64,000 nt of DNA from Saprolegnia diclina VS20. Lineage: Eukaryota. Positions 34,655 to 45,390 of the stretch are shown here, piece after piece. Made by a program: the position numbers and the translations under genes. The stretch is taken from assembly GCF_000281045.1 (NCBI RefSeq), contig NW_008246105.1:405762-469761 (forward strand). Direction: 5' to 3'. Numbering within the stretch: the first letter of the stretch is position 1; each line of letters begins with the position of its first letter. The notes below the pieces were generated by a model. The model saw only the letters and a program-made list of their open reading frames with translations, ran no database searches and was not told where the DNA came from.

Positions 34655-37645
34655 ATGGGCAAGGAAGACTCGGTGCAGTATGCGTCCGTCAAGATGCACG
34701 ACGACGACGATGGCCTTCCGCTCGAGCCCATGCACATCAAGTCGACGCGCGACGTGGCGGGCGACGCCAAGGACTGGCGCAGCGTCTTCTGGTGGACGTT
34801 CGCCATCACGCCGTACGTCATTTTGCTCTGCCTCCTCTTTCTGAGCTCGACGGGCAACCTCTCGGAAGAGACGGATCTCAGCGTCGGCTGCGCGGCCCAG
34901 CGCCTTGAGAAGCTCCAGACGACGCGCAACGTCTTCTGGGACCAGTCGGTCGTGACCGACAAGACGCGGTTCGCAGCGATCGGGCAAAAGGGCGCTACGA
35001 TCTGGATGACGGGTCTCTCGGGCTCGGGCAAGAGCACGATCGGCCGCGCGCTCGAGTCCGAGCTCATCCACCGCCGCGTGCAGGTCTACCGCCTCGACGG
35101 CGACAACGTGCGCATTGGCCTCAACCGCGACTTGGGCTTCTCGGCCGCCGACCGCGAAGAAAGCGTCCGCCGCGTCGGCGAAGTGGCCGCGCTCTTTGCG
35201 GCCTCGGGCACCGTCACGATCGTCGGCCTCGTCTCGCCGTACCGCGCCCACCGCGACGAGGTCCGCGCCTTGCACGAGAAGATGAACATTCCGTTCTACG
35301 AGGTGTTTGTCGACACGCCGCTCGAGGTGGTCATGGCGCGCGACATCAAGGGCCTCTACAAGAAGGCCGTCGAGGGCAAGATCCAAGAGTTCACCGGCAT
35401 CTCGGCGCCGTACGAAGCGCCGGTCGCCGCCGACATGACGCTCTTCACGCCCAACCTCACGCTGTCGACCGAAGTCGACGCGCTCCTCTCCTTCCTCGAA
35501 GGCAAAGGGCTCTTCACCGGCGTCGCGTCGCTGCCGAGCGGGTATCCCGGCGTCGCGCTTCCCGACGGCGGCAACGCGGCCGAGAACTTTACGTCCTTGT
35601 ACCCGGACGCGCCGTCGGTCACCGCCGTCGACCCTGCGTGGCCGCGCGTCCTCCTCCGCGACGAAGACCTGCACTGGCTCCAAGTCATTGGCGAGGGCTG
35701 GGCCGCGCCCCTCCGCGGCTTCATGCGCGAAGGTGCGTACCTCCAGAGTCTGCACTTTAGCTCGGTCGTCTTCGACACGGACGGCTTGACCGACGGACGG
35801 CTCAACCCGCACGCGCCGACCAACTTTTCCGAGTACGCGAACGAAGGCTTGCGCAAAGGCCGTCGCGTGAACCTCCCGATACCCATCGTGCTGCCCGTGA
35901 CGGCGGCGACGAAAGCGCTCATCGACGGCGCGTCACACATCGTGCTCGTGGACCGCGCCGGCGACGACGTGGCGATCCTAGCGGCGCCCGAGGTCTTCCC
36001 GCACCGCAAGGAGGAGCGCATTGCGCGGACATTTGGAGCCATGGACGCCCAGCACCCGTACATCGCAGCCATTCAGGCGTCCGGTGAGTTTCTCGTGGGC
36101 GGTGAGATCCAGCTGCTCCAGCGCCTCACGTACAACGACGGTCTTGACGCGTACCGGCTCACGCCGGCCGAGCTCCGGCGCAAGTTTACAGAGATGGGCG
36201 CCGACGCGGTGCTGGCCTTCCAGACGCGCAACCCGACACACGCCGGCCACGCGTACTTGATGAACTCGGCGCGCCAGCAGCTGCTCGACATGGGCTACAA
36301 GAACCCCGTGCTGTGGCTTTCGCCGCTCGGCGGCTGGACCAAGGACGACGACGTCCCGCTCAACGTCCGCGTCGACCAGCACGTGGCCATTTTGAAGCAA
36401 GGGATGCTCGACCCGGCCTCGACGGTGTTGGCGATTTGGCCGTCGCCCATGGTCTACGCCGGTCCGCGCGAAGTCCAGTGGCACGCCAAGTCGCGCAAGA
36501 ACGCGGGCGCGACCTTCTTTGTCGTCGGGCGCGACCCCGCCGGCATCAAGCGCTCGGACGGGCCCGACATGTACGCGGGCGACCACGGCCGCTACGTGCT
36601 GCACCTGGCGCCCGGCCTGGACGACATGCACATCATGTCGTTTCCCAAAGTTTTTTACGACAAGGTTGATCACCGCATGAAGCCGCTGGACATGACGCGC
36701 CCCAAGGCGGACTTCTTGTCGATTTCGGGCTCACGCATGCGTCTCATGGCCAAGAACGGTCTCCAGCCGTGCGACGGCGCCATCCCGGCCAGCTGGGAGA
36801 CGACGCCGACGTGCGTCCCGCCAGGGTTCATGGCGCAGGCGGGCTGGGACCTCATGATCCAGTACTACCAGACGCCGAATGCCGCCTCGAACGTCCAGTA
36901 CGCCGAGCCGCGCCGGACGCTGGCGCCGCGCGACGACATTACAGCGGTGGGCACCCTCGGCCAGCGGGACTTTGAGCTCTTTCTCCAAACGGCCAGCGGG
37001 AAGCGCTCGGCGTGGCACGACGTGCCGCTCTACGTCAATAGCACCGCGGGCATCGTCAACCTCGTCGTCGAGATCGAGAAGGGCCACATGGAGAAGATGG
37101 AGGTGCAGAAGCATCTTGCGTTCAACCCGATCATGCAGGACGTGACCAAGACCAACCACTCGCGCTACTACATGTACGCGGTTCCCTTCTTCAACTACGG
37201 CATGCTGCCCCGCACGTGGGAAGACCCGATGCTCAAGGACGCGCACGGCCATGCAGGCGACAACGACCCGCTCGACGTGATTGAAATCGGCGCGGCCGTG
37301 CTGCCCATCGGCTCCGTCCAGCCCGTCCGCGTGCTCGGGAGCTTGGAGCTCCTTGACCAAGGCGAGGTCGACCACAAGATCATCGCGATCTCGACGGCCG
37401 ACCCGGACGCCGCCCGTATCCATACCGCCCACGACCTCCTCACGTACAAGCCGGAGGTCGTCGCGCGCCTTGTCGACTGGCTCAAAAACTACAAGCTGCC
37501 CGAAGGCAAGGCCGTCAACGCTCTGGCGCAGGAGTCGCTCACGTCGGCGGCAGCGGCGCTCGACATCATCGCCGAGACGCACACCCGGTACCAGCTGCTC
37601 AAGAACGGGACGACGCCCAACCCGGGCTTTTGGCTCGGCGACTAG
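34655..37645 (+). CDS. PAPSS: Trifunctional APS kinase + ATP sulfurylase + inorganic pyrophosphatase with N-terminal TM segment, single exon
   Basis: TGLSGSGKST, LDGDNVR, FTGISAPYE; FQTRNPTHAGH, VGRDPAG, ISGSRMR; SAWHDVPL, NYGMLPRTWEDP, GDNDPLDV, DQGEVDHK. Confidence 0.97.
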   Translation: MGKEDSVQYASVKMHDDDDGLPLEPMHIKSTRDVAGDAKDWRSVFWWTFAITPYVILLCLLFLSSTGNLSEETDLSVGCAAQRLEKLQTTRNVFWDQSVVTDKTRFAAIGQKGATIWMTGLSGSGKSTIGRALESELIHRRVQVYRLDGDNVRIGLNRDLGFSAADREESVRRVGEVAALFAASGTVTIVGLVSPYRAHRDEVRALHEKMNIPFYEVFVDTPLEVVMARDIKGLYKKAVEGKIQEFTGISAPYEAPVAADMTLFTPNLTLSTEVDALLSFLEGKGLFTGVASLPSGYPGVALPDGGNAAENFTSLYPDAPSVTAVDPAWPRVLLRDEDLHWLQVIGEGWAAPLRGFMREGAYLQSLHFSSVVFDTDGLTDGRLNPHAPTNFSEYANEGLRKGRRVNLPIPIVLPVTAATKALIDGASHIVLVDRAGDDVAILAAPEVFPHRKEERIARTFGAMDAQHPYIAAIQASGEFLVGGEIQLLQRLTYNDGLDAYRLTPAELRRKFTEMGADAVLAFQTRNPTHAGHAYLMNSARQQLLDMGYKNPVLWLSPLGGWTKDDDVPLNVRVDQHVAILKQGMLDPASTVLAIWPSPMVYAGPREVQWHAKSRKNAGATFFVVGRDPAGIKRSDGPDMYAGDHGRYVLHLAPGLDDMHIMSFPKVFYDKVDHRMKPLDMTRPKADFLSISGSRMRLMAKNGLQPCDGAIPASWETTPTCVPPGFMAQAGWDLMIQYYQTPNAASNVQYAEPRRTLAPRDDITAVGTLGQRDFELFLQTASGKRSAWHDVPLYVNSTAGIVNLVVEIEKGHMEKMEVQKHLAFNPIMQDVTKTNHSRYYMYAVPFFNYGMLPRTWEDPMLKDAHGHAGDNDPLDVIEIGAAVLPIGSVQPVRVLGSLELLDQGEVDHKIIAISTADPDAARIHTAHDLLTYKPEVVARLVDWLKNYKLPEGKAVNALAQESLTSAAAALDIIAETHTRYQLLKNGTTPNPGFWLGD

Positions 37646-37770
37646 CGCCTCATCTTGCATGCTTCCTCTTCTTCTTCATGACACATGGTTATACAGACTA
37701 CGACTACGACTGCGGCTTCGACCGACGCAAGGGTCTCGAGGAGGAAGGAGGACGATTGTCGATGCAAAAC

Positions 37771-40417
37771 TTAGATGCTGTACTCGTCGCTCTCGACGAG
37801 CGCCGGCGGCTTTTGGTTCTTGATGCTGTTCTGGTGCAAGAGCAGCTGCGCCTCAAAGAGCGTGGCTTCATTGTCGAGCTTGACCTCGGGCGTAAAGTCA
37901 AAGTCCTTGAAGAGCTTCGACTCCTTTTGCTCCTTGGACGCCGACCGCTGGAGCGTACCGGCGCCGGCCGGCGGCGGCGCAAGCCCTCGCTCAATCTCGG
38001 TGATCTCTTGCTCGGTGAACGAGTTGGGAAAGTTGGACGTGTCGGGCACCGCGTTGCCCGCGTCAATCTTGGGCTTGAACGGCGGCGGGATCTCCTTGCG
38101 GTACAGCTTGTTCCAGTCGATGGGCGCAAAGAACGGGTGGTCCATGATCTCCTTGTCGCCGCGTGGGCCCGACCCGAGACGCTGGTTCGGGTCCTTCCAC
38201 AAGAGGCGCTGGATGAGGTCCCGCGCCTGCGGCGAAATGTACTCTGGGATCGTCAGGTTGCCGCGGAGGATGTTGTGGAAGAGCTGCTTCTTGTCGTTCG
38301 TATAGAACGGCGGGAGGCCCGTGAGCAGCTCAAAGAGGAGCGCGCCGACCGAGTACCAATCGAGCGCAAAGCCGTGGCCCGACCGCGAGAGCATCTCGGG
38401 CGCCAGGTACATGGGCGACCCGCAAAACGTGTTGGCCGACGAGTGGTCCGCGACGCCTTCCTTCGAGATGCCAAAGTCGGTCAGAAGAGCGTTGCCATCG
38501 AGGTCCAAGACGACGTTCTCGGGCTTGAGGTCGCGGAAGACGATGCCCTTCGAGTGCAGGTGCGAGAGCGCTAACACAATCTGGCCAATGTAGAACGCAG
38601 CCTCCGGCTCTGTGAACGCCTTGCGGCGCGTGAGCGTCGAGAGCAAGTCGCCGCCGCCGCAGTACTCCATGACGAGGAAGAGTCGGTCTTGCGACTGGAA
38701 CGCATAGTAGAGGCTCACGATGAACGGGTGGTCCGAGCACGCCTGCAGCGCCGCCTTCTCCGTGTGGATGTACTGCGCCTGGTTCTTCTGCACGATGGCC
38801 TGCTTGTTGTAGGCTTTGAGCGCAAACCACTTGTCCTTGTTGGCGCCTTTGCCGCGCACGAGGTACACCTTGGCAAAGGCGCCGCGCCCGAGGACCTTGA
38901 CAAACTCGAAATCGCGCGGCCCGAGCGCGAGGCTCTCGTGGTACTTGTTCTTGAACGTCACGTGCATCTCCGTCTTGTTGCTCACGTCGTTCGGGTCGAC
39001 GCGGCCCGGCGGCTGCACCGGGTTGACCGCGTTGTTCTGCGCCGACGACCCGCCCGAGAGCAGCACGCGGATCGGGTGGCCGATCGGCGAAATGTGCACC
39101 GGCAGCGACCCAGACGCGTTCGGCACGTCCGTGCGCGCGCCGTACGCGATAAGGAGCTTGGCGCACGCAATGTTGCCGCCCTCGGCCGCGAGGTGGATCG
39201 CGCCGTTGCCGTTCTGGTCGGTCGTGTTGGGGTCGGCGCCGGCCTTGAGGAGCTCCTCAACGCACCTATACGGCCGTTCATGAGCGACGGCGTGGAAGAA
39301 GACTTCGAGCGTACGCAGCGTGGCCCTCCATGGCGGCGAGGTGCAAGGGCGTGAGACGGTCCGCGGTGCGGGCCGAGATGTCGGCGCCGCGGCCGACGAG
39401 CTCGGCGACGGCCTTGGCGTGGTTGTTGCGAGCGGCAAGGTGCAGCGCGGTGCACTGGTTGATGCCAACGCCGTTGATGTCGATGACGTTGTCGCGCAGG
39501 AGGGTCGAGATGAGGTGGAAGTTGCCGACTTCGGCCGCGTCAAACAGCTGGATTTGCTTTTTGCGCAGGTCGCGAAGGTCCAGCATCTGCTTGGGCGCGC
39601 CGACGATCGAGCCGACACGCGGGAGGCTGCGGTTGGACCCGAGACCCGAGCTGCCGACGAGCGTGTCGCGGGCTTGCTGGAGCGTCGCTTGGCCGTTGCT
39701 CGTCTCGAGTTCGTGGATGACTAAACATGCGTTTGTGAGAGGGTAGAGAACAGACGACCACGTACTCTGATCCTTGAGCATGAGTTGCTCGCGCAGCTGC
39801 CGGTTCTCTTCGAGGAGCTGCTTGATGACAACGTCCTTCGGGTCCGTCGAGGCCTCGGCGCCACGCACAATGTCGTGGTTCTCGAGCAAGCTCGGGCGCG
39901 TGTAGTCCTGGTCACTGGCCTTGGCGCCGCCCATGGTGGCGGCCGACGACGCAAACACCGACGCCTCAAACTGCGCGGGCGTCGGCTTGGATTCGTCGCT
40001 GCTGCCGCTCTTGCGGAAGCGCTGCTGCTGCAGCGCTGTCACGTGCGCGCGGATCATCTTGATCCAGTCCTCGCACTCCTTGGCCGTGTTGGCCTGGGCA
40101 AACATGCGCTTGTCGCCCGTGTTGATCTCAAAGCAGTTGGCCTTGTTGTCAATGTTGGTCTTCTTCACGACCGTGTCGGGCGAGAGCTCGAGCTGGCCCT
40201 TGAAGTGCGCGAGGTCCTGCTCCTCCTCCTTCTTCTTCGAGAAGAAGCCGCCGCCGACCTTGTAGTAGCACAGCTTGGCCTCCGCGAGCACGAAGAAGCG
40301 CTCTCGCCAGTTGGCCAAGGCGTCGATGGAGCCGATCGACCGCTTTGTGAGGTAGCCCGTCTTGGACGAGACGAACTCGCCCGCGGTCGTGGTCGTGGCC
40401 GCGCTGGATTGTGTCAT
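37771..40417 (-). CDS. AGC-family Ser/Thr kinase with N-terminal PH domain, coiled coil and ankyrin repeats, 3 exons
   Basis: PH KTGYLTKR...WRERFFVL...EDWIKMI; ANK TALHLAA/TPLHLAA; kinase LGRGAFAKV, RDLKPEN, DFG, TFCGSPMYLAPE; hydrophobic motif FKDFDF. Confidence 0.95.
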
Positions 40418-41446
40418 GTCATGGCTGTTGCTCCGCCCCTTCCAGGACGAGCTCTTCTGGAAGCGCTGCGACGCGCCGGTGAACTCGGAATTGCGCTGCA
40501 TTTCGCCTACGCAGACGCCATGAGGTCGGCCCTCGCGGCCGTGGGCGCGGTACCGCAAGGGACTCGGTTGACTGCTGCTGCTGCTGTCGCTGGGATACTA
40601 ACGCCACTAGAGAACAAGCTCCCAACCAACGTCACCCGATTTATCTTGCTTTTTGTATGCTCTGAAATATTATTGTATAGAGGTTCTGCCACGAAGCCCA
40701 TACAAACGCACTGTCGCATCTGGCCCCGCCTTGCCCGATGGCTATCCGGATCTTCGAACCTCCATAAATCAATTTTGCACCCGGCCGGGTCTTTAGGCCG
40801 GGGACACAACGCCTGCGACGCAGGCATGGGTCGGTACAGCCGCCGTGGGCCTCGCGGGCACTCGCCGCTGCGCCGAGAAGAGGCCATGGCGAGGCAGCCC
40901 TGGGCGAAGGCGGCTGTTGCTGCGGCGCTCGCCTGTCGCTGCGAATCCGCTTGTGGTCAGCGCGAAGGCCGCTCGCCCATCGCGCCAGCAGCAAACCAGT
41001 AGGCAGCTTGGCCTTACGAGCGCAGTTCTACGTGGCGGGCATGGCCTGCGCCATGGCCTGCGCCATGCGGCGGCGGCGACGACGCGCGCAGTGGCCGCGA
41101 GTTACATGCGCATGGACGTCGACGGGGCTGAATTCCAAGCGCGCGACCCCGACACGCTGGTGGCGTTTCATTGGCCGCATTTTCATGAATTGCTTCGCTT
41201 CGATCGAAGCGTCAGACCTCATTTAATGCAGCTTGCATACAAACGTGCAGTGTAATAATAAAAGTTGAAGATCGAAGAAGAGGCAGAGGCAGTTTTGCCG
41301 CATTCGTTGAACTTCAAGCGCGCTTCGAAGCGTTCGATTGGTGCGCTTTATATCGGCATACAAACTTCAAGCTTAACGGCTGGTGGAATGCTTCGATTAC
41401 GCAGCACCCGGGCAAAATAGCAGCCACACTTGGATCATCGCCGAGC

Positions 41447-42652
41447 ATGCGCCGAGACGACTGCCGGCCCGCGACCGAGGACGACTTCGTCTACCTCGGA
41501 GACGACGACGACGACGATGACCCGATCGAAGACGAGCTCCGCATGTGGGCGCGCTTCCGGCGGCGGCGCTTCTTCAAGTCGGGCCTCTCGACGTACGAGG
41601 AGTACTACTCGCGCAACGAGACAGGGCGGCGCCTCGGCCGCTTCTCACTGCACATGCGGCTCAACGAAGAGCGCCCGACCATCACGATCCTGCTGGGCAA
41701 TCGGTCGTCGCGTAGCCGTCCATCGGTCGTGCGGCCCACTACCGAGACACCGCGGCGCGTGCGCAGCAGCAGCCTCGACGCCAACTGGCGCGTCTCGAAA
41801 TGCGGCGACGTGCTCCGGCCAAAGCTCCTGGCCGACCCCAACTTTAGCTTTTTCCAGCACCGGTCGATCTCCAAGGTCCCACGGCAAGAGCAGACGCGCG
41901 AGCCGACGGGCACGCAGAGTCTTCTCAGCCGGCCCACGAGCATGCCGGACGTGACGATGCCGAGCCCGCAGCAACTGCGGCGCCATTGCAGCTCACCCGA
42001 AGTCTTCTTCGACGCGCAGGAGCCGCCTCTCGAGTACCAGGAAGCCGACAACGTGCGGTCGAGCACGCCCGAGGATCCTCGCCCGAGCGACGAACGTCGG
42101 CCGAGCGACTACGGCGAGGGCGACGACGAACCTTCGCCGCTCTACGGCGACACGCAAGAAGACGCTGGCCGGTTCCGCTCGAGCGACGCCACGTATCGCC
42201 CCAGTGATCTCGACAAGTTTCGGCCCAGTGGCATGCGCGAGTCGTCCTTCAGCAGCAACTACAACCCGGTCACAATCCGCAACAGCGTCACCCACAACGT
42301 CAACGTCGTCGCCTTCCTCGGCGGCTTCAAGGGCAGTAGCAATCGGCGCTCGACGCGCTCGAGTCTCGACCAGCGGCCGTCCTTTGACTCGTACCGCCTC
42401 AAGCGCAGCAAGAAGACGAGTCCCTCCGTGCCCGACACGAGCTTTGGCAAGCGGCTGCGCGACGCACGCAACCGCATTCCGCCCGAGTTTCGCGACGACC
42501 TTCCGATCGCGCCGGTCCTCGTCCAGAAGCCGCCCCGCGTCAAAAAGTCGGTTCAGTTCCGCGCCGAGAACGAGGTCTTTGTGTTTGAGAAGCAAGACCC
42601 GATCGACGACGACGACGACGTCTACGTCGTCGAGCTCGAGCACGACCTGTAG
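41447..42652 (+). CDS. Hypothetical low-complexity protein with a C-terminal PP1-docking-like motif
   Basis: 401-aa ORF with coding bias. KKSVQF matches RVxF. Confidence 0.7.
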   Translation: MRRDDCRPATEDDFVYLGDDDDDDDPIEDELRMWARFRRRRFFKSGLSTYEEYYSRNETGRRLGRFSLHMRLNEERPTITILLGNRSSRSRPSVVRPTTETPRRVRSSSLDANWRVSKCGDVLRPKLLADPNFSFFQHRSISKVPRQEQTREPTGTQSLLSRPTSMPDVTMPSPQQLRRHCSSPEVFFDAQEPPLEYQEADNVRSSTPEDPRPSDERRPSDYGEGDDEPSPLYGDTQEDAGRFRSSDATYRPSDLDKFRPSGMRESSFSSNYNPVTIRNSVTHNVNVVAFLGGFKGSSNRRSTRSSLDQRPSFDSYRLKRSKKTSPSVPDTSFGKRLRDARNRIPPEFRDDLPIAPVLVQKPPRVKKSVQFRAENEVFVFEKQDPIDDDDDVYVVELEHDL

Positions 42653-42720
42653 CCGTATGTGTTTGCCATGTATTTAATATGTAGTCATCTCCGTGTCGAC
42701 GCTCCGTTGATGCCCATCGA

Positions 42721-44706
42721 CTAGTGCAAGTTGGAAAAGTCGATGCCCTCTTCGTCTTCGTTGGCAGTTGCGGCCACGGGGCGCAGCTCTTCGCTGTGCG
42801 CGACCTCGGGCGCGGCGTCGGCGGGCTTGGGCGCCATGTCGGCCGGCGTCATGTGCGTCAAGAACGGCACGAGGTACTTGGCGTCGAACTCGAGGATCGC
42901 CATGCGCTTGAGCGGACGCACGAGCTGGTCGACCGCGGCTTCCTCAGACGGCTACTCGTCGCCTTCCATCAGCGTCATGCAGCCCGTGGGAGGAACGTAC
43001 CGAGAGGCGCTTGATTTGCAAGTAGTTGAGGACGGGCACGGTCGCGCCGCCGCCAATGAAGAGCGTGATGAGCACGATGACCATGGTCACGTTGATGATG
43101 TACTAGGCGGTTGCATGAGACAGAGACGAGGACGACAACGCGGCGTACGTGGCGCTGGAGCTCGTTGGGCCACTCGAGCGCGAGCGCAAAGCAGAGCGCG
43201 CCGCGGAGACCGCTGAACCAGAGCATGTGCTGCGTGGCCTTGGGAATCTGGCGCTCGGGCGTCTTGCGGCTGTTGATGACGTACGAGAGCGGGTACACGT
43301 GCAGCGCGCGGCCGGCGAGGCAGCCAAAGAGCGTCCAGAACGCAAAGGAAAAGTGAAACCCTTGCTGCATCGAAAACACTGCGAGGCCCAAGTCTACAGC
43401 AACGCAGGGTGAGCACAAGTCTGGTCAATGATCGTACTGAGGAAGATGGTGGCTTCCGAGAGGTACGAGATCGCATTGAAGAACTTGGCGCATCTAGAGG
43501 AGGGTTCATGGACGGGTTGCGTGTGAGCCTCATGTACGTGGCTTTGCCTTCCTCGGTGAGGTTGTTGCACGTGTAGTGCTTCATGGCAATGCCTACACCA
43601 CTCCGCAAGCGACGTTGGGACGATCTCAATACCGGTAAAGAGGATCGCGACGACGCCGGAGAGGTCAAAGACGTTGCAGACGGAGAACGGGAGGTACGAG
43701 AACATGACGTAGATCGCGACTTCGTGGAAGAGGCAGCCTTTGAAGTCGTAGTGCTTGAAGAGGAGCGCCGAGAGCATGCCAAAGAGGACGCCCACGAGCG
43801 TCGACCCGACAAAGATGAAGAAGAAGTCCATGACGGCCAGCGGAATCGCGCTCGCCGTGAACGCGTTGCCGATAAACTTGGAGAAGGACGCAAAGAGCAC
43901 GATCGCGACCGCGTCGTTGAGCGAGCTTTCGCCAAAGACGAGGTAGAAGAGCGTCGGCTCCTACCGCATACGACACGTGACGAAGTGGATGGTCGGCAAG
44001 GACGTACGACGCGGAGCTCTTGGAAGATGGCGAGGACCGACACCGTGTCCTAGCCGCACGTGAGGCGTGCAGAGACGTATGCCACGTGTACCGTGGCGCT
44101 AATGAGTGCGCCGAACGAGAGCGCTTCGGCCAGCGTCAGCTTGAGGCTAATACCAATGTACCCGGCCGTGTACACGATGGAGCCAACGACAAAGCTCGAG
44201 ATCGTCGTGCCCGCGACGGCGTACGTGACGATGGCGGTGATGTTGTCAAAGAAGAAGCGGCGCTTCATCGTGTAGCCTACATGCGCGTTGCGTCCAACGT
44301 TGGCATCGCCTGCAACGCCGTACCCGAGTTGAAGATGATGGGCGGGAGGAGACCGACAAAGAAGATGCTCGGGTCAAAGGTCGCCAGCTGCATCGTCTGC
44401 ATGAGCTCGAATTATGGAGGTTGATGGGCATACCGACTGCGTGACGGAGCTCGTGTGCATGAGGTAGAGCACGCCACCGAGCATGCCCACAAGAATGGTC
44501 GCTAGCCGCACACGTCAGGATGCCATGGTGGTAGGACGAGCGCATGTACCGGCGGCTTCCGGGAGGAGGAACCAGTGCTTGTGGTGGGCGACGTAGTTGC
44601 TCACGAGGATCGCGAGCATGACGAAGCAGCTCGTGACCGCGAAGTAGACGGCGAACTCCTTCTGCGACTCCATGCCGATCTCATGCTCCGTCGTCGCTTC
44701 GCCCAT
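42721..44706 (-). CDS. CPA1 Na+/H+ exchanger (NHE8/NHX-like), many exons
   Basis: FFVGLLPPIIFNSG, FGALISAT, VFGESSLNDAVAIVL, WFSGLRGALCFALAL. Confidence 0.94.
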
Positions 44707-44854
44707 TGCTTGCTGCTCGACCCTTCCAATCCAAGACTGAAACCGATGGCTCATTTTCACACTATTGATTGCGCGCCGGTTGGCGTGCACGCAAATAAAG
44801 TAACTACACAAATCGTGTTATCATCCATCAACTTTAAATAGTGTACGTCAAAAT

Positions 44855-45276
44855 CGACTAGACATCGGCACGTCCGCGCTCCATGTGCGGAGTCGACGGC
44901 CCACAGCTCTGGGACCAGCAGACCAGAACTCAGCGCAGTTAGATAGTCCATTGAGACACCATTGTGATGGGAGTGCACAGGAGAAGCGTGTGTCCGATGC
45001 AGACAGGTCAGAGTTAACGCGAAGCTCGGTTTCACTCTCGGGCACTTGTCGGTCGGTCAGCCTCCTCCTTCTGAGGCTAATAGCTCTGTTGAACACAGAG
45101 GACGACGCTGTACGTCGGACGTGAGTTAATATCCTCGCACATATTTGGACCGGAGACTCACTGCTACATAAGTATATGTACAGAGAAGCTCCTGTGCAGT
45201 CCCATCGAAATGGTGTCTCCTTGGACGATCCAGCTGATACATTGATACAAACCAACCGTGAGTCCTCGTCTAGTTG
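44855..45276 (+). ncRNA. Candidate structured ncRNA or MITE-like element (unassigned)
   Basis: 48-bp ungapped inverted repeat (44936-44983 / 45189-45236) enclosing several hairpins, with an outer 9-bp closing stem. Confidence 0.5.
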
Positions 45277-45390
45277 TATGCATCGCCAGCGCACCCAAAC
45301 CGCACGCCGCTCACGAACATAGTACTACGTTGAGGACGCAGAGGGTAGGGTTGGTGGCGTTCTAATATTAGTAGTAGTGTAGTATGGTGT

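Noticed and set aside
44940..45165. Group I intron core (S-like AGATAGTCC, R-like GGAGACT) or U6 ACAGAGA box in the 44.9 kb element
   Set aside because: R and S are in the wrong order, and there is no other U6 similarity around ACAGAGA.
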